A stretch of 64,000 nt of DNA. Origin: Candidatus Poribacteria bacterium WGA-3G. GTDB lineage: Bacteria > Poribacteria > WGA-4E > WGA-3G. Both the position numbers and the translations under genes were made by a program. Positions within the stretch are counted from its first letter, which is position 1, and each line of letters opens with the position of its first letter. This document shows, piece after piece, positions 19,270 to 28,978 of this stretch. The notes below the pieces were generated by a model that saw only the letters and a program-made list of their open reading frames with translations, made no database searches and was not told where the DNA came from. Location: NCBI GenBank assembly GCA_000406005.1, contig ASZN01000021.1, positions 3,309 to 67,308 on the forward strand. The letters run 5' to 3'.

Positions 19270-20571
19270 ATGTACAAAAAACTTTTACGCATAGGATTGG
19301 CATGTCTGATAAGTTTTCTTATCGTGTCGAACACCAGCCATGCCCAAGAACGTATTACCGGTCCGTGGCTCTGGATGATCGCTCTCACCGAACTCAACGA
19401 AGGCGGACAGGCTTCTACTGACATCGATTCTCTTGATGAAGCCAGTAAAGGCAGAACCACCGAAGAACACGTCGCAGAAAACGGTGCAAACGAAGGCGAT
19501 GAAGTCAGCGGTTATAGATGGACCCCCGGTGAACTCCCAGCAGACGGCAACATCAATACCTTGCTCGTTGATATTGGAATGACAGACATTGCCGATTTTA
19601 ACGATGTCACATCTTATGCCATTATCATCATCGAATCCGACGAAGAGCAACGTAATGTTAAAATGGGTGTCAGCAGCGATGACTCTATTAAAGTCTGGCT
19701 CAACGGTGAAGTCGTCCATAAAAACGCGGTCAATCGCGGACGCGGCGGTGCCAATGAATTTCAAGATGAATTCCAAGTTAACCTCAAAGAAGGTGCGAAC
19801 CTTTTAATGGTCAAAGTCAGTGAGCGCGGCGGCGGATGGGGAATGAACGTCGGCATCGATGCCGATTTCGACCACAGTCTGAACTTCGATGATTACGAAC
19901 ACGGCGAAGTAGACGCTAAGGGTGATCCGATTCCCGTACAAGAAACGGCATGGGGTGCAAACAGACGCATTACCGGTCCCTGGCTCTGGATGATCGCACC
20001 CACCAAAGCCAATCAAGGCGGACAGGCTTCCACCGAGGTCGATTCGCTCGACGAAGCCAGTAATGGTAAAGTCACCGAAGAGGAAGTCGCAAAAAATGGC
20101 GCGAACGAAGGTGATGAAGTCGGCGATTATGAATGGACAATCGGCGAACTCCCAGCAGACGGCAACATCAACACAACAGTTGTATCGATAGGTATGACAA
20201 ACGTCGCCGATTTTAACGATGTTACGTCCTACGCGCTGATTACGCTTAAAACCACCAAAGCACAGCGCGATGTTATCATGGGCGTTAACAGTGATGACTC
20301 TATCAAAGTCTGGCTCAACGGTGAAGTCGTCCATACAAACGCCGTAAATCGCGGACGCGGCAACGCAAACGCTTTCCAAGATACCTTCGAGGTTGACCTC
20401 GAACGCGGTAATAACATCTTAATGGTTAAAGTCAGTGAACGTGGCGGCGGATGGGGCATGTACGTCGGCATTGATGCAGATTTCGCACTCAGTAGTACGC
20501 CAGGACGCTTGTCCGTTGAACCTACAGGGAAATTTATAACGAAGTGGGGTGAACTAAAACGCACCCGCTAA
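19270..20571 (+). CDS. secreted protein, paralog 1 of a tandem family (two ~200-aa repeat units; possible lectin/PA14-like beta-sandwich)
   Basis: Signal peptide. Unit motif GPWLWMIAPT..NQGGQASTDIDSLDEAS...DDSIKVWLNGEVVH.NAVNRGRG...VKVSERGGGWGMYVGIDAD occurs twice. Confidence 0.8.
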   Translation: MYKKLLRIGLACLISFLIVSNTSHAQERITGPWLWMIALTELNEGGQASTDIDSLDEASKGRTTEEHVAENGANEGDEVSGYRWTPGELPADGNINTLLVDIGMTDIADFNDVTSYAIIIIESDEEQRNVKMGVSSDDSIKVWLNGEVVHKNAVNRGRGGANEFQDEFQVNLKEGANLLMVKVSERGGGWGMNVGIDADFDHSLNFDDYEHGEVDAKGDPIPVQETAWGANRRITGPWLWMIAPTKANQGGQASTEVDSLDEASNGKVTEEEVAKNGANEGDEVGDYEWTIGELPADGNINTTVVSIGMTNVADFNDVTSYALITLKTTKAQRDVIMGVNSDDSIKVWLNGEVVHTNAVNRGRGNANAFQDTFEVDLERGNNILMVKVSERGGGWGMYVGIDADFALSSTPGRLSVEPTGKFITKWGELKRTR

Positions 20572-20749
20572 GGTAGGCACTTTCAACCAAACAATTCAAA
20601 AATTCAATTTAATCGAAAAATATATTTGACTTTTTTGGTAACCTGTGCTAACCTATTACGTTGGTTGAATAGAAGGGACATAATGGCATAATCATTTTGT
20701 CCTGCTCTCTCCAAAACGATAGTAAACAGAGACTATTTCTAAATTTCTC

Positions 20750-20901
20750 AGGACTTACGCATGCTGCTCTTTTGTAGCACGATGCACTTCGCATCTGGGC
20801 GAGTACGCCGCAAAACTTCATAGTTTGTGTCACCAGAACGCTGTGTTTTCCGAAAATTCTCATCTAACAGAACGGACTGCAGTCAAAATTGCGTAAGTCC
20901 T
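20750..20901. mobile_element. MITE-like element copy A (TIR AGGACTTACGCA / TGCGTAAGTCCT) with a ~40-bp internal insertion; flanked by a duplicated AAATTTCT
   Basis: Terminal inverted repeats are perfect over 12 bp. Flanks read ..ctAAATTTCTc[element]AAATTTCTaac. Confidence 0.7.
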
Positions 20902-20942
20902 AAATTTCTAACAAGCAACAAGAGGAGATTTCACGTAAATAA

Positions 20943-21644
20943 ATGTACAAAAAATTATGGCTCATAGGATTGACATGTCTAATCGGTCTTTCGTTTATAA
21001 CGCATATCGCTGATGCCGAAACGCCCATCGCAGGACCGTGGCTCTGGATGATCGCACCCACTGAAGCCAACCAAGGTGGACAAGCCTCGACCGATATTGA
21101 TTCGCTTGACGAGGAAAGTAAAGGCAAAGTCACAGAAGAAGATGTCGCAAAAAACGGTGCCAGAGAAGGCGATGAAGTCGGCGACTATGAATGGACACCC
21201 GGCGAACTGCCAGCAGACGGCAACATTAACACCATGCTCGTCTCAATCAAGATGACAAAAGTCGCCGATTTTAACGATGTTACCTCTTACGCCCTTCTGA
21301 TACTCGAATCCAGCAAAACACAGTCCAAGGTGACAATGGGTACCAGCAGCGATGACTCTATCAAAGTCTGGCTTAATGGTGAAGAGGTTCATAAGAAGGC
21401 TGTGAACCGTGGTCGCGGCGGCACACCCGCAAATATCAATGGCTACCAAGATAGGTTCGAGGTGGACATCAAAAAAGGTGCCAACCTGTTGTTGGTCAAA
21501 GTCAGTGAGCGCGGCGGCGGATGGGGACAGTACGTCGGTATCGATGCCGATGTCGAACCCCACATAGATTTTGACGGGTTTCAACCCGTTGAACCCGCTG
21601 GAAAATTAGCGACACAATGGGCAGAAATTAAGAACGCGCATTAG
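20943..21644 (+). CDS. secreted protein, paralog 2 (single repeat unit)
   Basis: Same unit motif as paralog 1. A 40-mer at 21041 is identical to 40-mers at 22001 and 22561. Confidence 0.8.
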   Translation: MYKKLWLIGLTCLIGLSFITHIADAETPIAGPWLWMIAPTEANQGGQASTDIDSLDEESKGKVTEEDVAKNGAREGDEVGDYEWTPGELPADGNINTMLVSIKMTKVADFNDVTSYALLILESSKTQSKVTMGTSSDDSIKVWLNGEEVHKKAVNRGRGGTPANINGYQDRFEVDIKKGANLLLVKVSERGGGWGQYVGIDADVEPHIDFDGFQPVEPAGKLATQWAEIKNAH

Positions 21645-21905
21645 TGCTGTCGTTTTCAATCCGAACATTTTCGTTACCTGTTTTCGGTGCTATTCGATAG
21701 AGATATTTCACGTTGACTGGGCAACGAAAATTAAATTGTTCCAACCACCACTTTTTAATCTTGATTTAAATTGTGGTTATTTGTTAAACTAATATCGAAT
21801 AGTTGTTCATCCTTAATTTAAAAAGGCGTCAGAAACCATAACGCAATAGATGAGCACTGTTAAAGTTAAATGTTATTTTCTCAAAAAAATTAAACGGAGG
21901 ATTTT

Positions 21906-23153
21906 ATGAACAGGAAACTATTTGTAGGGTTAACGTGCCTTATGGCGATCTTCTTCATGACGCACATCGCTGATGCACAAGAACCAATTGCAGGCCCCTG
22001 GCTCTGGATGATCGCACCCACTGAAGCCAACCAAGGTGGAGAGGCTTCTACCGATATCGATTCTCTCTCAGTCGCCAGTGGTGGTGATGTCACTGAAGAT
22101 ATGGTCGCAGCAAACGGCGCAACCGAAGGCGACGAAGTCGGCGATTACGCTTGGACAATCGGCACGCTCCCAGCAGACGGAAACACCAATACCATGCTCG
22201 TCGAACTCGGTGTCACAGAAAATGCCGATTTCAACGACGTGAGTTCTTATGGACTTATCTACCTTGTATCCGCGACTGCTCAGTCCGGCGTAACGCTCGG
22301 CGCCAGCAGTGATGACTCTGTCAAAATCTGGCTCAACGGCGAAGTCGTTCACACAAACGCTGTCAACCGTGGACGCGGCGGCGCACCCGCTGATATAGAT
22401 GGCTACCAAGATAAAATTGAAGTAAACCTCGTAGAAGGGGCTAATCTGTTGCTCGTGAAGGTGAGCGAACGCGGTGGTGGATGGGGACAATACGTCGGTA
22501 TCGATGCCGATGTCACGACCTCACCTACGCCACCTATCTTTCACATTACAGGCGAATATGTCTGGATGATCGCACCCACTGAAGCCAACCAAGGTGGACA
22601 GGCTTCTACCGATATCGATTCCCTCGCAGTCGCCAGTAACGACGATGTCACCGAAGAAGACATCGCAATGAACGGCGCAACCGAAGGCGACGAAGTCGGC
22701 GATTACGCTTGGACGGTCAGTACCCTCCCAGCAGACGGAAACATCAACACCATGCTCGTCGAACTCGGCGTCACAGAAAACGCTGACTTCAACGACGTTA
22801 CCTCTTACGCCGTCATCACACTCGTAGCCGATGAAGATATGGAAGGCGTGATGTTCGGGGTCAGCAGTGACGATTCCGTCAAAGTCTGGCTCAACGGTGA
22901 AGTCGTTCACACAAACGCTGTAAACCGCGGACGCGGCAACGCCCAATCCTTCCAAGATACGTTCGCAGCTAACCTTGTCCAAGGCGACAACATCCTGATG
23001 ATAAAAGTCAGTGAACGTGGCGGCGGGTGGGGAATGTATGCCGGTACCAGTGCTGATGTCGAGGCTGTCTATAAGCCAGCTGTCGAATTAGGCACATCCG
23101 TTGAAGCCGCTGGCAAACTCCCAACAACATGGGGAAGCTTGAAAATTAAGTAA
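21906..23153 (+). CDS. secreted protein, paralog 3 (two repeat units)
   Basis: Signal peptide plus two units with the conserved motifs. Confidence 0.8.
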   Translation: MNRKLFVGLTCLMAIFFMTHIADAQEPIAGPWLWMIAPTEANQGGEASTDIDSLSVASGGDVTEDMVAANGATEGDEVGDYAWTIGTLPADGNTNTMLVELGVTENADFNDVSSYGLIYLVSATAQSGVTLGASSDDSVKIWLNGEVVHTNAVNRGRGGAPADIDGYQDKIEVNLVEGANLLLVKVSERGGGWGQYVGIDADVTTSPTPPIFHITGEYVWMIAPTEANQGGQASTDIDSLAVASNDDVTEEDIAMNGATEGDEVGDYAWTVSTLPADGNINTMLVELGVTENADFNDVTSYAVITLVADEDMEGVMFGVSSDDSVKVWLNGEVVHTNAVNRGRGNAQSFQDTFAANLVQGDNILMIKVSERGGGWGMYAGTSADVEAVYKPAVELGTSVEAAGKLPTTWGSLKIK

Positions 23154-23190
23154 TTCCTAATGTTAACGCGAGGATTTTGCTTCGCAACTT

Positions 23191-23240
23191 AAAATGAGAG
23201 GACGCAGCTGATACACTTCAACTGCGTCCTCTCATTTTAC
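23191..23240. terminator. bidirectional rho-independent terminator between convergent genes
   Basis: AAAATGAGAGGACGCAG...CTGCGTCCTCTCATTTT, a 15-bp stem flanked by A and T tracts. Confidence 0.75.
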
Positions 23241-23247
23241 CGCTCAT

Positions 23248-24099
23248 CTATCGTCCCATAAGTTCCATGAAAACCGGCAACGATTCCCTGAACCCGTCCT
23301 CGCGTGTCCCACCTACTGGTGTATAGACACTCTCTAAAGAGATTGTACCTTCGTAACCATCCCGTTTCAAAGCACTCACAATGTCGTTGTAATACGGATC
23401 CATCTGCCCTTGGCGCATCGCACAGAAATCAAACGTTGCTGCCGGTAGGTTCACAACGCCATCTTTGAGATGAACATGCGCAATATGTTCACGAATCACC
23501 TCATAGCCGTCTGGATACGGAACCTCCGTACAATAAAGTGAACTACACGGATCCCACAACACTTTCAGATGCGGTACATCTAATTCGTCTATTAGCTTCC
23601 TCGCGAGCAACGCCGAGGTCACGTTCCCAGAGATCGCAGTCTCAATCACGAGTGTGATATCTGCATCGTCCGCGATACGCAACGGTTCTTCCAAGCGATC
23701 CAGAAGCGTTGACCATGTACCTTCGGAAACAATCGGTTCCGCACCGAAAAGCACCATCTCTTTCCGAAAACTGAAAATCCGGACAAGGTTCGTCCCGAGT
23801 GCTTTCGCAACATCAATACACCGTTGTAACGTCGTAATATGCTCACGATAGGCAGGCGCGACCACTGCCGTATCAACGGGGAGCGCCGACAAATTATGGT
23901 GCGAGATACACGATACCTTTAAATTTCGAGCATCGATTAAACCCTTAACGCGCGCAACATCGGCATCCGTCAAATCGCCTACCTGTTTCTCCCAAAGGTA
24001 CTGCAATTCGACATATTCCAAGCCGGTCTCAACCATAACGTCCAGCGCATATTCAAAATCCCGACTGATGCCGTCTGTGATGACCCCCAATTTGAACAT
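23248..24099 (-). CDS. sugar phosphate isomerase/epimerase (xylose isomerase-like TIM barrel)
   Basis: 283 aa with a TIM-barrel pattern that includes conserved E and H residues. Confidence 0.8.
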   Translation of the reverse strand: MFKLGVITDGISRDFEYALDVMVETGLEYVELQYLWEKQVGDLTDADVARVKGLIDARNLKVSCISHHNLSALPVDTAVVAPAYREHITTLQRCIDVAKALGTNLVRIFSFRKEMVLFGAEPIVSEGTWSTLLDRLEEPLRIADDADITLVIETAISGNVTSALLARKLIDELDVPHLKVLWDPCSSLYCTEVPYPDGYEVIREHIAHVHLKDGVVNLPAATFDFCAMRQGQMDPYYNDIVSALKRDGYEGTISLESVYTPVGGTREDGFRESLPVFMELMGR

Positions 24100-24127
24100 T
24101 CAACACCCTCTCATTTTTTCAAGCCTA

Positions 24128-24192
24128 CGCCTAACGCGACTATTAAACAGAAAGAACGAACCTTCCAACCTTCCAACCTTCCAGTCTTCCAG
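24128..24192. repeat. short tandem repeat (CCTTCCAA/GTCTTCCA units, ~5 copies)
   Basis: Sequence aaccttccaaccttccaaccttccagtcttccagtcttccaatcc. Confidence 0.6.
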
Positions 24193-24216
24193 TCTTCCAA
24201 TCCGACCCGATAATAT

Positions 24217-25110
24217 TTATTCCGTTCTTTTAACTTCGACACCAGCAATATTTTCCAAAATTTTGATAATCGTCCAGTTATCCTCATCTGGGTTCACCGC
24301 CTTCCCCGCTTGAAACAGTTCAAAAGCGGCACTCGCTGCAAAAAGCGGTACACCACAATCGCTTGCCATATTTTTCGCCAGACTCAGGTCTTTATACATC
24401 GTACCGATATTGCTCTGCCCCTTGAAGTTGCGGGATAAAATGTTTTCCGTCGTATCTCTGAAAAGGAAATTTCCGACGACACTTGTGCCGACAACATCAC
24501 GAAGCGTCTCCGGTGCCACCCCCGCCTTCACCGCCAGTGTCAACGCCTCAAAAATACCGGCATACGTCGTACCGATCAGCACCGCGAGTGCAGACTTGAC
24601 CGTCTGACCCATACCGATCTCCTCACCGACGTGATAGATGTCTTTACCAACGGCTTCAAGCACCGGCTTCGATGCCGCAAATGTCTCGTTCTCTGCTGCC
24701 ACCATCATCGTGAGTGTCCCAGCAGCCGCTCCCGGCGCACCGCCACTCACAGGCGCGTCAACGATGTTAACACCTTTTGCGGTCACGAGTCCGGCGACTT
24801 CCATCACCTGCGTACGTCCGATCGTCGCCGTACAGATTACCGTAGAACCCGGTTTCAGACCCGCCAATAATCCGTCTTCACCCAAAAGAGCCGCCTTGAC
24901 CTGTTCAACATTCAGCACCATAATAAAAACGGTATCCGCGGCGGCACCGACATCCTGCGGCGATGCAGCAGCGTGTGCACCCGCTCGCACCAACGGCTCC
25001 ATCGCTTCAGGACGGACATCATACACCGCCAGTTCGTGTCCGGCTTTCAAGATGTTCCTTGACATCGCCGCCCCCATATTCCCAACGCCAATAAGTCCAA
25101 CTCTCGCCAT
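24217..25110 (-). CDS. NAD-binding 3-hydroxyisobutyrate dehydrogenase family oxidoreductase
   Basis: MARVGLIGVGNMGAAM... Rossmann motif plus a 6PGD-like C-terminal domain. Confidence 0.9.
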   Translation of the reverse strand: MARVGLIGVGNMGAAMSRNILKAGHELAVYDVRPEAMEPLVRAGAHAAASPQDVGAAADTVFIMVLNVEQVKAALLGEDGLLAGLKPGSTVICTATIGRTQVMEVAGLVTAKGVNIVDAPVSGGAPGAAAGTLTMMVAAENETFAASKPVLEAVGKDIYHVGEEIGMGQTVKSALAVLIGTTYAGIFEALTLAVKAGVAPETLRDVVGTSVVGNFLFRDTTENILSRNFKGQSNIGTMYKDLSLAKNMASDCGVPLFAASAAFELFQAGKAVNPDEDNWTIIKILENIAGVEVKRTE

Positions 25111-25303
25111 ATATTACCTCAAAAATATTCCTGAAAATTGATATACGCAGAAACAAACCGCCCTACAAAAACCAATAGAGTCTACCACACATCCTAAGAA
25201 ACGTCAATCTATTTTTCGTACACCCATCAACAGAATTTTTACACAATTTTTTCTCCACTGTGCTATAATAACACATTCATATACGAAAAAGGAGCCAAAA
25301 TAA

Positions 25304-26335
25304 ATGGCAGATACTATTAAAGGTGCCGTTCTCGGATATGGTGCCGCATTTAACATGGGCAGAGCCCACGCAAATATGATGCAGAACACCGACGGCATAG
25401 AATGCGTCGCTATTTGCGACATAGACCCTGAACGAACCGATGCCGCAAAAAAAGATTTCCCCGGCATCAGCACCTATAATTCAGTTGAAGAGCTCAACGC
25501 CGACGACGGTGTCGATCTCGTCGCAAATGTTCTACCGCATAGTTTGCACTGTGGACCCTCAGTGGCAAGCCTCAAGGCCGGCAAGCACGTCGTCGTTGAA
25601 AAACCGATGTGCGTCACGATCGCCGAAGCCACAGAAATGATTACAACCGCTAAAGAAAACGACGTTATGTTGTCCGTTCATCACAACCGACGCTGGGATG
25701 CGGATTTCTGGACGCTCCGAGAACTCGTCCAATCCGGCATCATCGGTAAAGTCTTTAGCGTTGAAATGTGGGGCGGCGGCTACGGAAGACCCAACCCCGA
25801 CTGGTGGCGAAGCGTCAAAGCCATCTCCGGGGGCCAATTCTACGACTGGGGCGCACACTACCTCGATTGGCTACTCAATGTTCTCGAAGCACCAATGATT
25901 AACGTCACCGGCTTCTATCAGCCGAATCTCGTTTGGGACGATATTACCAACGAAGATCACGTCCAAGCGATTATCCGATTTGCAGGTGGCGAAGTCGTCG
26001 CAGACGGCGCAGCCGCAAACATCCAGATGTCTAACATCGCCAAAATCGGTGGAGAGCGATGGAAACTGCTCGGATCACACGGCGCGATTACCTCCGAAGG
26101 CGGCGGGTTCAAAGTACTCTCCGAAGTCGAAGGACAACCAAAAGAGCAGACGGTCGGCCATCACGGCAGACCCGGACCGAGTTATTATCAGAATATCGTC
26201 GCCCATTTAAACGACGGCACGCCACTACTCGTAACACCGGAATCCGCTCGCCGGGTCATTGCCATCATGGATTTAGCAGAAAAATCCGCTAAAACACATC
26301 AGGCTGAAACGGTACCTTACGAGTTTGAAGCATAA
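25304..26335 (+). CDS. Gfo/Idh/MocA-family oxidoreductase
   Basis: N-terminal Rossmann region plus EKP catalytic motif (VVVEKPM). Confidence 0.85.
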   Translation: MADTIKGAVLGYGAAFNMGRAHANMMQNTDGIECVAICDIDPERTDAAKKDFPGISTYNSVEELNADDGVDLVANVLPHSLHCGPSVASLKAGKHVVVEKPMCVTIAEATEMITTAKENDVMLSVHHNRRWDADFWTLRELVQSGIIGKVFSVEMWGGGYGRPNPDWWRSVKAISGGQFYDWGAHYLDWLLNVLEAPMINVTGFYQPNLVWDDITNEDHVQAIIRFAGGEVVADGAAANIQMSNIAKIGGERWKLLGSHGAITSEGGGFKVLSEVEGQPKEQTVGHHGRPGPSYYQNIVAHLNDGTPLLVTPESARRVIAIMDLAEKSAKTHQAETVPYEFEA

Positions 26336-26343
26336 CAAAACTT

Positions 26344-26392
26344 ACACAAATCCCACTGCAGGACGGGGTTTCAAACCCCGCCTGCAATATCA
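26344..26392. repeat. REP-like palindrome TGCAGGaCGGGGTTTCAAACCCCGCCTGCA
   Basis: Near-perfect palindrome, found again at 14310 and 19190. Confidence 0.6.
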
Positions 26393-26496
26393 ACCAAGCT
26401 CTTGTAGCTCTTGTAGGTTGGGTTGAACGTAGTGAAACCCAACGATTTGCTAACGGGTACGGTTAGAAAACCGCACCATCTATCCTCCGTAATAAT

Positions 26497-27513
26497 ATGA
26501 AAGCTATCGTCTTCGAGAAAATTCAGCAACTACGCATCCAAGATAAACCTATCCCCGAACTCGTCAATGGCGACGTACGCATCGAAATAGAACTCTGCGG
26601 TATCTGTGCCTCTGACCTCGCAGCACTTCGCGGAGATGTATCAGATTACGCACCACCTGTCGTCATGGGACACGAACTCGCAGGCATCATCGTAGACAGC
26701 CGACACCCTGATGTTAAAGTCGGCGAACGCGTGACCGTCAACCCTATGCTCTCCTGCGGTGTATGCACCGAATGCCAGAACGACCTGGACAAATACTGCA
26801 AAAACATTGAAGGCATCGGACACGATATCGATGGCGGATACGCCGAATACATGCGGATGCCAAAGCACGGCGTGGATACCGGTAAACTTATCCGGGTCCC
26901 AGATAGCGTACCGCCCGAAGAATTGCTGTTTCTCGAACCGTTGGGCTGCTGCCTAAACGCCATGCGGGAAACGCCCTTCAAGGATTCCGTCGCAATCCTC
27001 GGTGCCGGCCCCATCGGTCTAATGCTCACCCAATTAGCGAAACGCGCAGGTTTAGCCACCTACGTAGTGGAACCCCACGCATACCGTAGAGGGGTCGCAG
27101 AAACACTCGGTGCCGATCACACCTTTGATACATCCGCTGAGTCAGTAGCACACCTTCAAGAACTCACCAATGGCGGCGTTGATACCGTCATCTCCGCGAC
27201 AACAAATAACGCCTCGGCAATCGCACTCGCTTTCGAGATCGTCCGTAGAGGCGGATGCCTCAACTTCTTTGGACTTGCACCAGAAGGCGAAGAACTCCGC
27301 ATCAACCTCGAGGAATTCCACTACGCCGGACACAAACTGATGGCTTCATGGGCATTCTCACGCGCCAGCCTTGAAGAATCCAAGCAACTCCTAATCGAGA
27401 AAGCACTCAACTTTGAACCCTTACTGACGGATCGGTTCCCGATTACACAAGGCTTAGCAGCGTTCGATAACGCCGCTGCCCACCGCGGTATCAAAACAGC
27501 TGTCCACCCATAA
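26497..27513 (+). CDS. zinc-dependent alcohol dehydrogenase (sorbitol/threonine dehydrogenase-like)
   Basis: CGICASDL...GHELAG catalytic zinc motif, the structural zinc cysteines CGVCTECQ, and a GAGPIG Rossmann motif. Confidence 0.9.
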   Translation: MKAIVFEKIQQLRIQDKPIPELVNGDVRIEIELCGICASDLAALRGDVSDYAPPVVMGHELAGIIVDSRHPDVKVGERVTVNPMLSCGVCTECQNDLDKYCKNIEGIGHDIDGGYAEYMRMPKHGVDTGKLIRVPDSVPPEELLFLEPLGCCLNAMRETPFKDSVAILGAGPIGLMLTQLAKRAGLATYVVEPHAYRRGVAETLGADHTFDTSAESVAHLQELTNGGVDTVISATTNNASAIALAFEIVRRGGCLNFFGLAPEGEELRINLEEFHYAGHKLMASWAFSRASLEESKQLLIEKALNFEPLLTDRFPITQGLAAFDNAAAHRGIKTAVHP

Positions 27514-27687
27514 CTATCACTTGATTTTCGGCACAGTTTTGTGGTATTTTTAATTGCAACGAACTTTGAAAATATTTTTTTTATTATCCCTGCATAAGGA
27601 GATGTCAATTTCGGTGCAATTCGCAGGTTCCGAAAACTCACCACACAAAATCGGTGAACTCGCAATCCGAAATTCATTACAAAAAAT

Positions 27688-28527
27688 ATGGTTCTTGGTG
27701 CACACGTATCCACTTCAGGCGGACTACACAACGCCATCAAAAATGGTACCGACCTCGAGTGCGACACGATACAAATTTTCTTGCGAAATCCAAACCAATG
27801 GCAAGGAAAATCTCTCACCGCAGAGATCACCGAAAAATTTACCACGGCATGGTCAGCAGCCGCGCTCGGCGAGATCATTGTCCACGATATTCACTTAAGT
27901 AATCTCGCTTCCCCGAAATTAGATGTGTTGAAAAAATCACGACAAGCGTTTCGTGAACAGATGGAACTCGCGCAGCAGCTCGGACTCCGCTACATCGTAA
28001 CACATCTCGGATCGCACCTCGGTGAAGGTGAAACATTCGGTTTAAAGCAGCTAACCGATAGTTTCGATTTCCTGTTTGAAAATACTGAGGCACCAGATGT
28101 CATACCGCTCCTCGAAACGACTGCCGGACAAGGCACAAACCTCGGCTACCGTTTTGAACACCTGCGCGATGTGATCGGCATGTCAAAATACTCAGATCGG
28201 TTCGGGGTCTGCTTGGATACCTGCCACGTCTTTGCCGCTGGCTACGATATGCGAACCGCAACAGATTGTGAAGCGACTTTCAAGCAGTTTGATGACATCA
28301 TCGGACTTAACCGCTTAAAAGCCTTCCATCTCAACGACGCAAAATCGGAATACCAAAGCCGTGTGGACCGACACCAACACATCGGGGAGGGCAATATCGG
28401 CACAACCGCATTTACATATATCCTTAACGATGCACGATTTGCTGAAACCCCACTCATCATTGAAACGCCAGAAATGAAGACAATGCACGAGGTAAACCTC
28501 TCTACACTACGCGGATTGAAAACGTAG
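27688..28527 (+). CDS. nfo: endonuclease IV (AP endonuclease)
   Basis: MVLGAHVSTSGGL... with H/D/E zinc ligands that match Nfo. Confidence 0.9.
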   Translation: MVLGAHVSTSGGLHNAIKNGTDLECDTIQIFLRNPNQWQGKSLTAEITEKFTTAWSAAALGEIIVHDIHLSNLASPKLDVLKKSRQAFREQMELAQQLGLRYIVTHLGSHLGEGETFGLKQLTDSFDFLFENTEAPDVIPLLETTAGQGTNLGYRFEHLRDVIGMSKYSDRFGVCLDTCHVFAAGYDMRTATDCEATFKQFDDIIGLNRLKAFHLNDAKSEYQSRVDRHQHIGEGNIGTTAFTYILNDARFAETPLIIETPEMKTMHEVNLSTLRGLKT

Positions 28528-28557
28528 TTTGCCGAATTTTCGTATTGAAACTTGGAT

Positions 28558-28752
28558 AGGACTTACGCATGCTGCTCTTTTGTAGCACAAACTTCTTAGT
28601 TTGTGTCACCAGAACCCTGTGTTTTCTTGGATAGGACTTACGCATGCTGCTCTTTTGTAGCACAAACTTCTTAGTTTGTGTCACCAGAACCCTGTGTTTT
28701 CCGAAAATTCTCATCTAACAAAACGGGCTGCAGTCAAAATTGCGTAAGTCCT
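28558..28752. mobile_element. MITE-like element: a 5' partial copy (~71 bp plus a duplicated TTGGAT flank) in tandem with a full copy (28633-28752)
   Basis: The string 'ttggataggacttacgcatgctgctcttttgtagcacaaacttcttagtttgtgtcaccagaaccctgtgttttc' occurs twice in tandem. The full copy ends in TGCGTAAGTCCT. Confidence 0.7.
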
Positions 28753-28967
28753 ATTGGAAAAGGGTGGAAATTAAAAAGGTGTCTATCGGTTTTTGGGAAG
28801 TCGCATTCCTCATCATAATCCTTTTGGGAATCGTCATTGCGTCGCGTCTCGTCGAAAGACTTCGGACGAAACGCATTTGTCCAGAGTGTGGCTTAGCAAT
28901 TCATACGCACACATCAACTTGTCCGTCATGCAAGCACACTTTCCAAAGAAAAAATAAAGGAGGCTAA
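28740..28967 (+). CDS. small membrane protein with a C-terminal zinc ribbon (CPECG...CPSC); hypothetical
   Basis: The ATG lies inside the MITE terminus, with an alternative GTG at about 28773. The stop region supplies the copZ SD, so the two may be translationally coupled. Confidence 0.35.
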   Translation: MRKSYWKRVEIKKVSIGFWEVAFLIIILLGIVIASRLVERLRTKRICPECGLAIHTHTSTCPSCKHTFQRKNKGG

Positions 28968-28978
28968 GGAATAACACC

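Noticed and set aside
19285-20379. Minus-strand ORFs 19285..19776 and 19804..20379 (163 and 191 aa), and the similar 22068..22490 and 22521..22982
   Set aside because: They lie antisense to the repetitive Gly/Asp-rich secreted-paralog genes. These are shadow ORFs created by the repeated coding sequence. No start or SD context and no independent homology signal.
24638-25141. 167-aa plus-strand ORF
   Set aside because: Antisense to the HIBADH-family gene. The Ala/Pro/Thr-rich low-complexity translation is a GC-rich antisense artefact.
28502-28714. 70-aa minus-strand ORF with internally repeated peptide
   Set aside because: It lies inside the tandem MITE copies. The repeated peptide is a direct consequence of the DNA repeat.
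28558-28752. Possible CRISPR array (tandem repeats)
   Set aside because: Only 1.6 copies of a ~120-bp unit with terminal inverted repeats. There are no unique spacers between short repeats and no cas genes. MITE structure explains it better.
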